Assembly (NCBI GenBank): GCA_963832165.1
Contig: CAWHTE010000007.1
Coordinates: forward strand, 416,001-480,000
Reading direction: 5' to 3'
Origin: an uncultured delta proteobacterium
GTDB lineage: Bacteria; Myxococcota_A; UBA9160; SMWR01
DNA length: 64,000 nucleotides
The position numbers were made by a program, and so were the translations under genes. Positions 1 to 12,796 of this stretch are shown in pieces. The first letter of the stretch is position 1; each line of letters opens with the position of its first letter. The notes below the pieces were generated by a model. The model ran no database searches, had not been told where the DNA came from, and saw only the letters and a list, made by a program, of their open reading frames with translations.

Positions 1-1
1 G

Positions 2-688
2 TCGGGCAGCGAGGTCGAGGTCGCGGTGCGCGACAGCGGCGACGGCATCGAGCCCGCAATGCTCGAGAAGATCTACGACATCTTCTCGCAGGGCGATCGC
101 ACGCTCGAGCGGCGCCACAGCGGTCTCGGGATCGGCCTCACGATCGTCAAGCGCCTCGTCGAGATGCACCACGGCACCGTCGTGGCGCGGAGCGAGGGCC
201 CCGGCACTGGCAGCGAGTTCACGGTTCGCCTGCCGCTGCCCGCGGTGTCCGAGAGCGTGAGCGAGCAGCGTGACGAGCCGATCGATTGGGAGCCCTCGGC
301 GCAGCGCGTGCTCGTGGTCGACGACAATCACGACAGTCTCGAGAGCCTCTCGGCGCTGCTCGAGCTGCAGGGCAACGAGGTGCGCACGGCCTGCGACGGA
401 GTGCGCGCGGTGGCGGAGGCGGAGGCGTTCCGCCCGGACGTCGTGCTGCTCGACGTCGGTATGCCGAACATGAACGGTTACGACGCGTGCCGGCTGATCC
501 GCGCCCAGGAGTGGGGCCGCAACATGCTGCTCGTGGCGCTCACGGGCTGGGGCCAGGAGGAGGACCGCGCGCGCAGCCAGGCGGCCGGCTTCGATCACCA
601 CTTCGTGAAGCCGGTCGATCCGAAGGTGCTGATCCGCTACCTCGGCCGGCACTCCGCGAAGCGCGAAGAGCTGCGCGCCGGCCGCTAG
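2..688 (+). CDS. Hybrid sensor histidine kinase/response regulator, C-terminal part (HATPase + REC); 5'-truncated by window edge
   Basis: DSGDGI, GLGIGL and GSEFTV ATPase boxes, then a receiver domain (VLVVDD...LLDVGMP...KP); frame open to the window start. Confidence 0.9.
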   Translation, partial: SGSEVEVAVRDSGDGIEPAMLEKIYDIFSQGDRTLERRHSGLGIGLTIVKRLVEMHHGTVVARSEGPGTGSEFTVRLPLPAVSESVSEQRDEPIDWEPSAQRVLVVDDNHDSLESLSALLELQGNEVRTACDGVRAVAEAEAFRPDVVLLDVGMPNMNGYDACRLIRAQEWGRNMLLVALTGWGQEEDRARSQAAGFDHHFVKPVDPKVLIRYLGRHSAKREELRAGR

Positions 689-707
689 GCGGGTCGATCC
701 GCCCTAC
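688..707 (-). repeat. Short GTAG-type REP-like hairpin between convergent genes
   Basis: Minus strand GTAG-GGCGGA-TCGA-CCCGCC; its TAG is the stop of the 704..1768 gene. Confidence 0.55.
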
Positions 708-1768
708 CGGCGCGCGAAGTCTCGTCGGTAGGCGAGGTAGTTGGCGCGCAGCACACCGCCGAGGCCTTCGCCCGTGCGACGCGACGGCCAGTTATCGTCG
801 AGCACGAGCGTGTAGGCGACGTGCGAGAATCCGCGCTGCACGAGCTCGAGGTAGCCGTAGGCCGCCATCGCGTAATTGAGACCGCGGCCGCGCGCGCGCG
901 GCAGCACGCCGATCGCGAGCGAGTTCGTGCCTTCGCCGGGCCGCGGTGCGCGCCCTTCGGCGTGCGAGACGTCGTCGGGCATCACGAAGCAGAAGCCGAC
1001 CGGCTCACCGTCGGAGAATGCGAACACCGAGCTGTCGAGCACGGGTTGACCGTCGAGCACGAACAGTCCGACGAGCCCGGGCGAGAGCGGACTCCAGCCC
1101 CAGTGGCTCGCGAACGTCGCGTTCCAGAGATCACAGAGCTGCTGGGCGCGCTGCGGGTGCGGGAACTCGCGAAACGGCGCGAGCTCGAAGCCGGCGCGCT
1201 GCGCGCTCTCGAGCGAGCTCTGCCAGCGCTCCACGAGGTGCGGCAGCACGGGCATCGAGTAGTCGACGAAGCCGCGCTCGGTCTCGAAGCCCGCACCCTT
1301 GATCAGCGCGTGGTACTCGCGCGGGTTCTGCCGCAGCGTGCTCGGCGGCAGCGCCTCGTAGTCGTCGGTCGTGAATGGTGTCTCGAGCAGGCCGAAGCCG
1401 TTGCGCGCGGCCTGCATGCCGCGCTCCGCGAGCCATGCGCACGCGGCGTCGAGCAGCTGGCGCACCGCCTCGCGTGCGCCCGGCTCCGCTTCGAACATGA
1501 GCAGGTGGCCGACGCGTTCGTTCCAGTGCTTCAGGTAGGGTCCGTCCACGGCCGCGCACACGCGCGCGACGACCTCGCCGCCTTCGCGCGCGACGAAGGG
1601 CTGGAGCTCGCGCTCCTGCGTGGCGGCGGTCAAGCCGAGCAACATCGGCCCGTGCAGCGGCGGGCTCTGCCAGCGCACCGCGCGGGATGCGTACACGCGG
1701 TCGTGCAGCGCCACGAACTCGGCGATCGCGTCCTTGCCCTCGGCCTTTTCGATCCGGATCGAAGCCAC
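704..1768 (-). CDS. GNAT-family N-acetyltransferase-like protein (tandem GNAT)
   Basis: C-terminal acetyl-CoA motif GVLPRARGRGL; YTLVLDDN; NP..Y..L....GF signature. Confidence 0.7.
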   Translation of the reverse strand: MASIRIEKAEGKDAIAEFVALHDRVYASRAVRWQSPPLHGPMLLGLTAATQERELQPFVAREGGEVVARVCAAVDGPYLKHWNERVGHLLMFEAEPGAREAVRQLLDAACAWLAERGMQAARNGFGLLETPFTTDDYEALPPSTLRQNPREYHALIKGAGFETERGFVDYSMPVLPHLVERWQSSLESAQRAGFELAPFREFPHPQRAQQLCDLWNATFASHWGWSPLSPGLVGLFVLDGQPVLDSSVFAFSDGEPVGFCFVMPDDVSHAEGRAPRPGEGTNSLAIGVLPRARGRGLNYAMAAYGYLELVQRGFSHVAYTLVLDDNWPSRRTGEGLGGVLRANYLAYRRDFARR

Positions 1769-1853
1769 GCGCGCATGCTAGATCACGCCGCGCTCGGGCG
1801 CGGCAGGCGCATCGATCTGCGCGCACTAGACTCGGCTGGGGGCTACCCGCCGG

Positions 1854-3614
1854 ATGCGTTGTGCGATCTTCGTCGCCGGGTTCCTGTTAGCGGCCTCCGC
1901 GTCGGGTGCGGAGCTGATCGTCGCCGGCCAGCAGAGCCAGAACCTGCTCGGCTTCGACGCCGCGAGCGGCGCATTCACGCGCGTGTTCGCGCACACGATC
2001 GACCAGGGATTTCGCAACCCCGGCGGAATCGCGCTGCGGCCCACCGACGGTGCGCTGTTCGTGTCGAGCCGCGGCACGGGCGAGATCTGGCGCTACGACA
2101 CGGCGACCGGCGCGCTCCTCACGCCGGTGGTGAAGACGGGCCTGCGCACTCCCAACGGGATCGACTTCGCAGCGTCGGGTGCGTTGCTCTATTTCGCCGA
2201 CGCCAACGACATCGACTCCGAGTCCGACGATGCGGTGAAGCGGCTCGATCTCGCGAGCGGCACGGTGACGACGCTCGGCTCGACCGCGAGTGCCGAGTTC
2301 GCCGACGTCGCCGTGAACGGCAGCGACGTGTACGCGGTCGACAGCGACGGAGGCCGCGTGGTGCGGTTCCCGGCCGCGGGCGGTGCCGGCGCGACGGTGA
2401 TCGGCGCGGGGCTCACGGATCCCTCCGATCTCGCATTCCGCTCGGCGACGCGTCTGCTGGTCGCCGACACGGGGGCGGATCGCGTGGTCGAATACCTGAA
2501 CACGGGCGGGAGCTGGGTGTTCGATCGCGTCGTCCTGCCGGCGAGCTCGGGCGTGCAGGATCCCTGCGCGCTCGCGATCGCGCCGAGCGGGGCACTCGCC
2601 GTCGCCGGCTGCCTGTCGAACGCTGTGGTGTCGATCGACCTCGCCACGCTCGCGGTCACGCCGCTGGTCGCACCCGGCGCCGGCGGGCTCGCGAGCCCGA
2701 AGGACCTGGCGTGGAGCGGCACGACGCTCCTGGTCGCGAACCCGATCGCGAACGCGGTGGTCTACTACGACGCGTCGGGTGCGCCGAGCGGCGTGCGCGC
2801 GCAGGGCGTCACGTCCGCACTCGACGGCGGAATCGCGCTGTCGGCGGACGCGACGCGCGTCGCGGTCGCGAGCGTGTCTGCCGACGAGGTCATCGAGCAC
2901 GCCGCCTCCACGGGCGCACCGCTGCGCAGCCTGGGCGACGTGTGCGGCGGCCTCTTCCCGAACGACGTCGCATACGGCCCGAGCGGGGACCTGTTCGTTG
3001 CGTGCTTCGGCGGAAACAGCGTGAACCGGATCGACTCCGCCAGTGGAGCGGTCAGCACATTCGTGTCGGGCGGCAACGGCGGGCTCTTCGCTCCGCGCCA
3101 GCTCGCGTTCGGCCCGAACTCCGATCTGTTCGTAGCGAGCGCGAGCGGCGAGCTGCTGCAGTTCGACGGCGCGTCGGGCAGCTTCCTGGGCGCGTTCGTC
3201 GACGCGACCGGAAACGGCGGCGGCGCCCTCGATCCCTACGGTTTCGCATTCCACGGTGGGCTCTTGTACGTGACGTCGTTCTTCACCGACTCGGTCGCGG
3301 TGTTCTCTGGAACCACGGGTGCGTTCGTCGCGACGCGCGTCGCGAGCGGCAGCGGTGGCCTCGATGAGCCGACCGCGCTCGCATTCGCACCCGACGGCGC
3401 GCTGCTCGTCGCGAGCCACGGCGACGACAACGTGCGCCGCTACGACGCGGGCACGGGCGCATACCTCGGCGCGCTCGTGCCTGCGGGCGCGCACGGGCTC
3501 GCGGCGCCGGTCGATCTCGCGGTGCTGCCCGAGCCCAGCGCGATGCTCGGGATCGGCGCGGGCTGTGCGGTGCTCGCCGCGCTCGCACGTCGGCGGCGCG
3601 AGAGGCCCCGGTGA
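1854..3614 (+). CDS. Secreted beta-propeller (NHL/Vgb-like) protein with PEP-CTERM sorting signal
   Basis: Signal peptide; repeated P..LAFGPxGxLxV units; C-terminal LPEPS-hydrophobic helix-RRRR. Confidence 0.8.
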   Translation: MRCAIFVAGFLLAASASGAELIVAGQQSQNLLGFDAASGAFTRVFAHTIDQGFRNPGGIALRPTDGALFVSSRGTGEIWRYDTATGALLTPVVKTGLRTPNGIDFAASGALLYFADANDIDSESDDAVKRLDLASGTVTTLGSTASAEFADVAVNGSDVYAVDSDGGRVVRFPAAGGAGATVIGAGLTDPSDLAFRSATRLLVADTGADRVVEYLNTGGSWVFDRVVLPASSGVQDPCALAIAPSGALAVAGCLSNAVVSIDLATLAVTPLVAPGAGGLASPKDLAWSGTTLLVANPIANAVVYYDASGAPSGVRAQGVTSALDGGIALSADATRVAVASVSADEVIEHAASTGAPLRSLGDVCGGLFPNDVAYGPSGDLFVACFGGNSVNRIDSASGAVSTFVSGGNGGLFAPRQLAFGPNSDLFVASASGELLQFDGASGSFLGAFVDATGNGGGALDPYGFAFHGGLLYVTSFFTDSVAVFSGTTGAFVATRVASGSGGLDEPTALAFAPDGALLVASHGDDNVRRYDAGTGAYLGALVPAGAHGLAAPVDLAVLPEPSAMLGIGAGCAVLAALARRRRERPR

Positions 3615-4252
3615 GTCGACGCACGCTCGCCGCGGCCGTCGTCCTGGTGCTCGCGGCACTCGCTGCGTTCGTGTGGCTCGATCGCGCGCGCGGTCCGCGC
3701 GCGATGAAGGAGGGCGAGGCGCTTCCGCTCGGTGAGAAGGTCGAGATGCATTTCGAAGACGCAAAGACCGGCGAGCCGGAGACCTGGACGCTCGAGAAGA
3801 AGCAGACCACGCGGGAGGAGGCCGTGCGACCGATCGAGCTCCCGAAGCCCGATCCGGCAGCCGCCGAGCATCGGCCGAACGAATCGGCGCGCGCGCTCGA
3901 TGGGCTCGGAATCGCGGAGTGGAGGCGCGGGGACCTCGCGAAGGCCGCCGCGCAGCTCGAGGCGGCCGTGGCCGCCGATCCCGACGACCGCGTGCCGCGT
4001 TCACACCTCGGGCGCCTGCTCACGATGATGACCGACTACGAGCGGGCGCTCCCGCATCTCGAGCGAGCGGCTGCGCTCGCGCCCGACGACCCCCAGGTCT
4101 GGCTCGACCTCCAGTCGTTCTACGAACGCAGCCAGCGCATCGAGGGAGTCGAGCCGGCGCGCGCACGCGCCGAGGCACTCGCCAACGGTCGGCCGATCGG
4201 GCAGGACTGGGCGGGCTTCTGGACGATCGAGGGAGCGGAGGAGATTCCCTGA
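3611..4252 (+). CDS. Membrane-anchored TPR protein
   Basis: N-terminal TM helix; TPR-like repeats (GDLAKAAAQLEAAVAADP, ALPHLERAAALAP); GTGA overlap with the upstream stop. Confidence 0.7.
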   Translation: MSRRTLAAAVVLVLAALAAFVWLDRARGPRAMKEGEALPLGEKVEMHFEDAKTGEPETWTLEKKQTTREEAVRPIELPKPDPAAAEHRPNESARALDGLGIAEWRRGDLAKAAAQLEAAVAADPDDRVPRSHLGRLLTMMTDYERALPHLERAAALAPDDPQVWLDLQSFYERSQRIEGVEPARARAEALANGRPIGQDWAGFWTIEGAEEIP

Positions 4253-4384
4253 CCTCGGGCGATGATGATCCGACCGCAATTTGGTGCTCGCGACCACTTG
4301 ATTCGCCATTCGAACTAGTCCAGGATCCTCTTGGTTCTGGGCCGCCAACAAGCCGGCTCGTCACCGGCCCACGAGGGGTGTGTG

Positions 4385-5638
4385 ATGCGGACTTCGCGAT
4401 TCGCTCAGTCGACGTTTGTCTGGACGTTTGCGTTGGGGTTAGTGCTGCTCGCCGCCGCACCGGCGCTCGCGGACACGACGATCACCGGGGAGAAGCTCGG
4501 AGCCTTCTTCCAGATCACCGTGCCGGATGATTGGAACGGCGACCTCGTGATCAACAACCACGGCTTCGACTTCAATTCGCCCGCGGCAAATCCCGGGCTC
4601 GGACCGCTCGCGCCGCTGATGCTCTCGGAGGGATACGCGGTCGCCGCGTCGAGCTACAGCAACTGCTGCTGGACGCTGTTCAGCACGCAGCAGGACATGA
4701 ATCGGCTCATCGGCATCGTCACCGCGAACTTCGGAGCTCCGAACAACGTGATCCTTCACGGCTTCAGCCTCGGCGGCATCGTCTCCGCGCAGGGGATCGA
4801 GAAGCTCGGCGCGAACGTGGTCGGCGCATACCCGGTCTGCGGGGCGCTCTCGGGCAGCCGCTCCTGGGACGGTGCGATCGACCTGCGCCTCGTCTACGAC
4901 GCGGTCTGCGCGGGGGTAGCCGGCGGGACGTTCCCGGGCGGCGCGACGGGTCTGCCGTCGCCGGGCTTCCCGGCGGGTGGGCTCTCGCCGACAGCGGTCG
5001 CGACCGCGGTGAACACGTGCACGGGCGTGCTCACGCCGCCGGCGTTCCGCACGCCCGAGCAGCAGGCGCGGCTGGATACGCTGAAGGCGGTCACGCAGCT
5101 GCCCGAGAGCTTCATCATCCTCGACATGGTGTTCGTGACGAACGGTCTGTCGAACCTGATCTGGGCCGCCGACAAGCTCGCGGGCGGCCAGGGCGTCGGC
5201 AACGTCGGCGTCACCTACAACGACGAGACGATCGACGACGAGATCCAGCGCGTCGCGTACGACCCCCAGGCGCACAAACGGCTGGAGCGGTACTTCACGC
5301 CCAAGGGCGACGTCGGCGCGACCAAGATCGTGTCGCTGCACACCGACGGAGACGGCCTCGTGATCGTCGAGAACGAGGAAGACTACGCGGACAAGGTTCC
5401 GGCCGCGAACCTGACCACGGCGATCGTCGACGAGCCCGGCAACACCCACTGCACGGGCATCAGCGGGCCCGAGCTGATCGCCGGTTGGGAGTCGCTGCGC
5501 GGCTGGATCGCGGGCGGGCCGCAGCCGACAGCGGCGGGCATCCAGGGCGTGTGCCTGGCGATCGGGCCGGCAGACCAGTGCAGGATCGATCCGGCATTCG
5601 TCGTCGGCGAGTTCGACGCTCGCGTTCCGCCGCGCTGA
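4385..5638 (+). CDS. Secreted alpha/beta-hydrolase (esterase/tannase-like)
   Basis: Signal peptide ending ALA; HG oxyanion motif, GFSLGG nucleophile elbow, candidate Asp (DGLV) and His (THC). Confidence 0.7.
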   Translation: MRTSRFAQSTFVWTFALGLVLLAAAPALADTTITGEKLGAFFQITVPDDWNGDLVINNHGFDFNSPAANPGLGPLAPLMLSEGYAVAASSYSNCCWTLFSTQQDMNRLIGIVTANFGAPNNVILHGFSLGGIVSAQGIEKLGANVVGAYPVCGALSGSRSWDGAIDLRLVYDAVCAGVAGGTFPGGATGLPSPGFPAGGLSPTAVATAVNTCTGVLTPPAFRTPEQQARLDTLKAVTQLPESFIILDMVFVTNGLSNLIWAADKLAGGQGVGNVGVTYNDETIDDEIQRVAYDPQAHKRLERYFTPKGDVGATKIVSLHTDGDGLVIVENEEDYADKVPAANLTTAIVDEPGNTHCTGISGPELIAGWESLRGWIAGGPQPTAAGIQGVCLAIGPADQCRIDPAFVVGEFDARVPPR

Positions 5639-5947
5639 TCCGCGCGACGACCTCGCTGCGATCGCGTGGAGGGGTGAGAGCTTGCTCCTCGTGGTGATCT
5701 CCCGTGGGGCGTGATCTGTAAGGGCGGCCCTGCTCCCGCGAGGCCGCCCTCCTCCTGAGCCACCCACACGCATCAGCCACGAACGGCGGCGCACTTCGAG
5801 CCGCCCGCTCCGGGGCATTTTGACCGGGTGCTGCTTCTCGGCCGGCGGCAGGAAGCCAGCTTGCTTCGCCTATTCTCTGCCGGTCGAGCTCGAACGAATG
5901 GTTTGGCCGACCTGGGCGATTCCTCCACGCGGAACTAACAGACAGGG

Positions 5948-8495
<2,548 letters not shown>

Positions 8496-8496
<1 letters not shown>

Positions 8497-9248
8497 TGCT
8501 GCGCACGGCGGCGCACGCAGCCGCCGCGCTCTGCCTGGCCGCGCTCGCAGCGGCGCCCGCGCGCGCGGTGATCCCGCAGCCCGCGCGGATCGCGCGCGCG
8601 GTGGCCGAGATGAATGCGGCGTCGGGTCGCAGCTCACCGCTCCTGTTCTCGGTAAAGCTGCGCGTCGATGGCGCCGCGCCGTCGGCCGAGGGCGAGCTCG
8701 CCGTGCATCCCTCGGGTCTCGCGCGGCTCGAGCTGCGCAACACCTGGGGCGGATTCGTCGAGCGGCACCTGCTCCAGAGCAGCTCGTATCAGGCGAGCCG
8801 CAACGGCGAGATGCTGGAAGATCCCCATCCATTCCTGCCGCCGGTATTCCTGCTCCAGGCCAGCTCGGGCGAGGCGCTCGGGGCCGCGCTCTCGACGTTC
8901 GGCGTCGACGGCCAGCAGGTGGTGCTCGGCAAGCTCGGCTCGCACGACTGTTATGTATTTGGCGGGCGCACGATCGGACCCGCCGAAGCGGAGCATCCCC
9001 TGCCCTCGTTCTGGGTGGACATGGCGAGCTTCGAGCCGCAGCGGATCGTGCGCGCAGACGGCGTCGAGTACCGCTTCGGCCCGCTCCAGACGTTCGGGGG
9101 GATCCGCGCGCCGAGCTTCATCGACGTGATCGCGCCGAACCTGCGCGCGCGGCTCGAGATCACGCGCGTCACGCGCGCCGAGGCGCCCGCGGCGCTGTTC
9201 CAGCGCGGTTGGCTCACGTCCGCTACGGGTGCGCCCGCTTCCAAGTAG
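8496..9248 (+). CDS. Exported hypothetical protein (possibly LolA-like fold)
   Basis: ATG coupled to eno stop; signal peptide ending ARA; FWVD..SFEP motif typical of LolA-like proteins. Confidence 0.55.
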
Positions 9249-9435
9249 CGGTAAATCCAGCTTTTTCCGGCGGCCCTCAGCGCGCAGAGCGGATTTTTCG
9301 CCTGCGCGCGCAATCTAGGCCTAAAGGAACTTGGCAGGAATACCGAACACCGGGATGTCTTCGGTGGAGCCGATTCCACTGGCCCGGCAGCGGGTTCAGG
9401 CTCCGCCCTACGCACTAGCGAGAAAGGAGCATCCA

Positions 9436-10041
9436 ATGTCCGAGAAGAACCGCTTGAACGTTCTGGTGGTGGATCCCGACGAGGGCACCGTCCTCGATCT
9501 CAAGGAGATGATCACCGAGCTGGGCTACCGCGTGTCGTCGAACACGAACCCCGAGGCCGTGATCGAGGAGATCAAGCACGGGACCTACCAGATCGTGGTC
9601 GCCGACGTGTCGCCGCCCTCGGACCGCGCGCTCGACCTGCTCGCGCGCATGCGCTCCGCCGACTCGGACCTGTGCGTGATCTCGATGACCGCGATGCCCA
9701 CCGTCGACGTGGCTGTGCGCGCGATGAAGCAGCACGCGTTCGACTACCTGCAGAAGCCGGTCGAGTTCGAAGAGCTGCGCCACGTGATCGAAGCGGCGAT
9801 CCGCGAGAAGGGCCTGCTCGTCGACGTCGAGACCCGGCTCAACCAGATCGTGGGCAAGCGACTGCGCGAGCGCCGCTCGGAGTCGACGCTCACGCTCAAG
9901 CAGCTCGCGAACCGCACGGGACTGTCGGTCTCGCTGATCTCGCAGATCGAGCTCGGCAAGTCGGCGGCCTCGATGTCGACGCTCTACAAGCTCGCCACCG
10001 CCCTCCAGGTGCGGATGACCTACTTCTTCGAGACCGTCTGA
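9436..10041 (+). CDS. Response regulator, REC + XRE-family HTH
   Basis: AAGGAG RBS; receiver domain with AFDYLQKP; C-terminal TLKQLANRTGLSVSLISQIELGK HTH. Confidence 0.85.
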   Translation: MSEKNRLNVLVVDPDEGTVLDLKEMITELGYRVSSNTNPEAVIEEIKHGTYQIVVADVSPPSDRALDLLARMRSADSDLCVISMTAMPTVDVAVRAMKQHAFDYLQKPVEFEELRHVIEAAIREKGLLVDVETRLNQIVGKRLRERRSESTLTLKQLANRTGLSVSLISQIELGKSAASMSTLYKLATALQVRMTYFFETV

Positions 10042-10086
10042 CCCACACCGCGGCGGGGAAGACCCGCCGGGGTATGATTCTGCGCG

Positions 10087-11169
10087 ATGCGATCGGTCGA
10101 GGAAGCGCGGCCGCGGCCCGGGCTGTCGGTGCCCGTGGTGACGGTGCTCGACGCCCAGGGCGAGCTCGACCCCGAGGGCCAGCGCGCGCTCGTGCGCTTC
10201 GTGGTGCAGGACGGCTACGGCGCCGACATCGTGTTCGCGGCCGGCACCACGGGCGAGTGGGATCGGATCGACAACGACGTGCGCCAGCGCGTCGTGCAGA
10301 TCTGCGCCGAGGAGGTGGCGAAGTGCAACGCCGCGCTCGGCCGCGGCGACCGGCCGATCGAGGCATGGGCCGGGGTCACGGCGCACTCGCGCGAGGAGAC
10401 GCTCGCGAATCTCGACTTCGCGATCGCGCACGGCGCCGACGCCGCGGTGCTCGCGCCGCTCTCGATCGAGGGTGTGGCCGATCCCGTGGCGTTCGTGGCG
10501 CGCGACGTGGCGGACCTGCTCGACGCGCGCCGCCGCCGCATCCCGGTGTACCTCTACGACAACGCCGACATCGCCATCGACCCGCGCGTGCCGCACATCC
10601 GCACGCGTCAGGTCAAGGCGATGAGCCGCCTCGACTTCGTGCGCGGGATCAAGGTCTCCGCGTCGAAGAAGGTGCTCGGCAACTACACGCGCGCCGCGGC
10701 GGGCTTCTCGGAGCGCGGTGAATTCGGCATCTACGTCGGCAACGCGATGTTGATCTTCGACCTGTTCCGGCCGCGCACGGGCTGGCTCGGCACGGTCGCG
10801 GAGCACTGGAACCGGTACCGGCTCCAGGGCGGACTGCCGATCGGCGTCGTGTCTGGACCCGCGAACGCCATGCCGCGCGAGTGGGCCCGCGCGTGGCAGG
10901 TCGCGCGATCGGGCGACGCCGAGCGCATGGAGCGCGCGCGGGAGATCGCGCTCGCATTCGGCGCGAGCTGCCAGACGCCCGCCGGCAAGCGCTCGATCGC
11001 CTGCATCAAGCGCGCATTGCGCCACCTCGGCGTGATCGAGTGTGACGCCGTGGCACCGGGCACGCCCGCGCTCGCGCCCGAGCACGTCGACGCGTTCGAC
11101 GCCGCGTTCGACGCTGTTCGGGCGCAGGCTAGTTCAGGACTCGGCGCGCTGTGGGTGAGCGTCGCGTGA
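10087..11169 (+). CDS. DHDPS/NAL-family class I aldolase
   Basis: AGTTGE, YLYDN and GIKVS (Schiff-base Lys) motifs; distinct from dapA at 49004. Confidence 0.8.
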   Translation: MRSVEEARPRPGLSVPVVTVLDAQGELDPEGQRALVRFVVQDGYGADIVFAAGTTGEWDRIDNDVRQRVVQICAEEVAKCNAALGRGDRPIEAWAGVTAHSREETLANLDFAIAHGADAAVLAPLSIEGVADPVAFVARDVADLLDARRRRIPVYLYDNADIAIDPRVPHIRTRQVKAMSRLDFVRGIKVSASKKVLGNYTRAAAGFSERGEFGIYVGNAMLIFDLFRPRTGWLGTVAEHWNRYRLQGGLPIGVVSGPANAMPREWARAWQVARSGDAERMERAREIALAFGASCQTPAGKRSIACIKRALRHLGVIECDAVAPGTPALAPEHVDAFDAAFDAVRAQASSGLGALWVSVA

Positions 11170-12764
11170 CCGATCTCGACGTCGTCGGCATCGGCAGCAT
11201 GGTGGTCGACCGCATGCACCGCGCGCCGCGCGCGATCGGGGCGGGCGAGAAGGTGATGCTGCGCGATCCCGGCGGCGGGCCCGTGCAGACGCGGATCGGC
11301 GGCGTCGTGCTCAATCACCTGGGCTGGGCCGCGGCGCTGGGACTGCGCACGGGAATCTTCGGGCTCGGCGCCGACGACGAGAACGGGCGCCTCTTGCGCG
11401 CGGCGATGGACCGGCTCGGGATCGCCCACTCGATCGACCGCACGGGCAGCGCGAGCTCGGTGGCAGAGATCTTCGTCGACGACGCCGGCGAGCGCGCGAT
11501 CTACATGGCGGCCGCGGCGACGTCCGAGACGACGCCCGAGCGCGTGCGCGCGCACGCGGCGTTCGTGCGGCGCGCTCGGCGCGTCACGACCGAGGTGTCG
11601 CAGCTTCCGCTCGCAGCGGCGCACGCAGCGCTCGAGCTCGCGCGCGCGGCGGGCTCGGCGACTGCGGTCGATCTCGACGTGCCGCCCAGCGATGCGCTCG
11701 CGTCGGGGCTCGGCGACGAGGCCGCGCTCGAAGCCGTGCTGCGCAGCGCCGATCTGCTCAAGCCGTCGAAGATCGCGTGCCGCGAGCTCGTGTCGAGCAG
11801 CGGCGATCCACTCCGCCTCGCGCGCGCGCTGCGCGGGCGCTTCGGCAACCAGGCCGTCGTGGTCACCGATGGCGAGGCCGGCTGCGCGATCGCGGCCGAG
11901 GGGTTCGAGGGCTACGTGCCCGCGCGGCCGGTCAAGATCGTCGACACCACGGGCGCCGGCGACGCGTTCCTGGGCGGCCTGCTCGCGGCGCTCTCGGCCG
12001 GGCTCGGATGGGAGGAAGCCGCGCGGCTCGCCCACGCGTGCGGCGCCGCGTGCGTCGAGCAGCTCGGCGCGTTCCCCGAAGATCCCGAGCGAGCTCGCGC
12101 GCGCGTGCTCGAGCTGTATCCCGACGCTGCGCGCGTCATGCGCGCGATGCCGATCTCCACGCCGCTTGCGCCTTCCTGTGCCGAGGCACTTGCGAGCTTC
12201 GGCGTGGCGGTCGAGGAGCTGGATCGGCTGCAGCGCCGGCTCGACGCGACGGCCTTCGAGGCGGCGCTCGCGCTGCTCGCGCGGGCGCGCGAGGGCGGCA
12301 GCCGTATCCACGTGACGGGAGTGGGCAAGCCCGAGCACCTGGCGCGTTATGCGGCGTCGCTGTTCGCGTCCACGGGCACACCCGCCTACTTCCTGCACGC
12401 GACCGAAGTTGCACACGGCAGCGCTGGCCAGATCCACGCGGGAGACGTCGTGATCGCGATCAGCAACAGCGGCGCCACGGCGGAGCTGCTCGCGGCCGTG
12501 GCGGTCGCGCGCGAGATGGGCGCGCACGTGATCGCCGTGACCGGTGTGCTCGATTCTGCGCTCGCGAAGGCCGCCGACACCGCACTCGACGCGGGCGTCG
12601 CGCGCGAGGGCGGTCCGCTCGGACTGGCTCCGCGCGCGAGCGCTGCGGCCGAGCTGCTCGTGCTCGCCGCGCTGGCCGCGGGCGCCGAGCACGCGGTGGG
12701 CCTCACGCGCGCCGAATACCACCGCCGCCACCCCGCGGGCGCTCTCGGCGATCGTTCGCGTTAA
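11166..12764 (+). CDS. PfkB-family sugar kinase fused to KdsD/GutQ-like SIS isomerase domain
   Basis: DTTGAGDAFLGG PfkB signature; C-terminal GVGK...STGTPAYFLH..EVAHG...ISNSG...HPAGALG; no CBS pair. Confidence 0.85.
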   Translation: MTDLDVVGIGSMVVDRMHRAPRAIGAGEKVMLRDPGGGPVQTRIGGVVLNHLGWAAALGLRTGIFGLGADDENGRLLRAAMDRLGIAHSIDRTGSASSVAEIFVDDAGERAIYMAAAATSETTPERVRAHAAFVRRARRVTTEVSQLPLAAAHAALELARAAGSATAVDLDVPPSDALASGLGDEAALEAVLRSADLLKPSKIACRELVSSSGDPLRLARALRGRFGNQAVVVTDGEAGCAIAAEGFEGYVPARPVKIVDTTGAGDAFLGGLLAALSAGLGWEEAARLAHACGAACVEQLGAFPEDPERARARVLELYPDAARVMRAMPISTPLAPSCAEALASFGVAVEELDRLQRRLDATAFEAALALLARAREGGSRIHVTGVGKPEHLARYAASLFASTGTPAYFLHATEVAHGSAGQIHAGDVVIAISNSGATAELLAAVAVAREMGAHVIAVTGVLDSALAKAADTALDAGVAREGGPLGLAPRASAAAELLVLAALAAGAEHAVGLTRAEYHRRHPAGALGDRSR

Positions 12765-12796
12765 TTTCGGTCGGCGCCGGGCCGATAACCGTCCGG

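Noticed and set aside
10087..11169. Second dapA
   Set aside because: Lacks the PYYNKP and YNVPxRT features; the canonical dapA lies in the dap operon at 49004.
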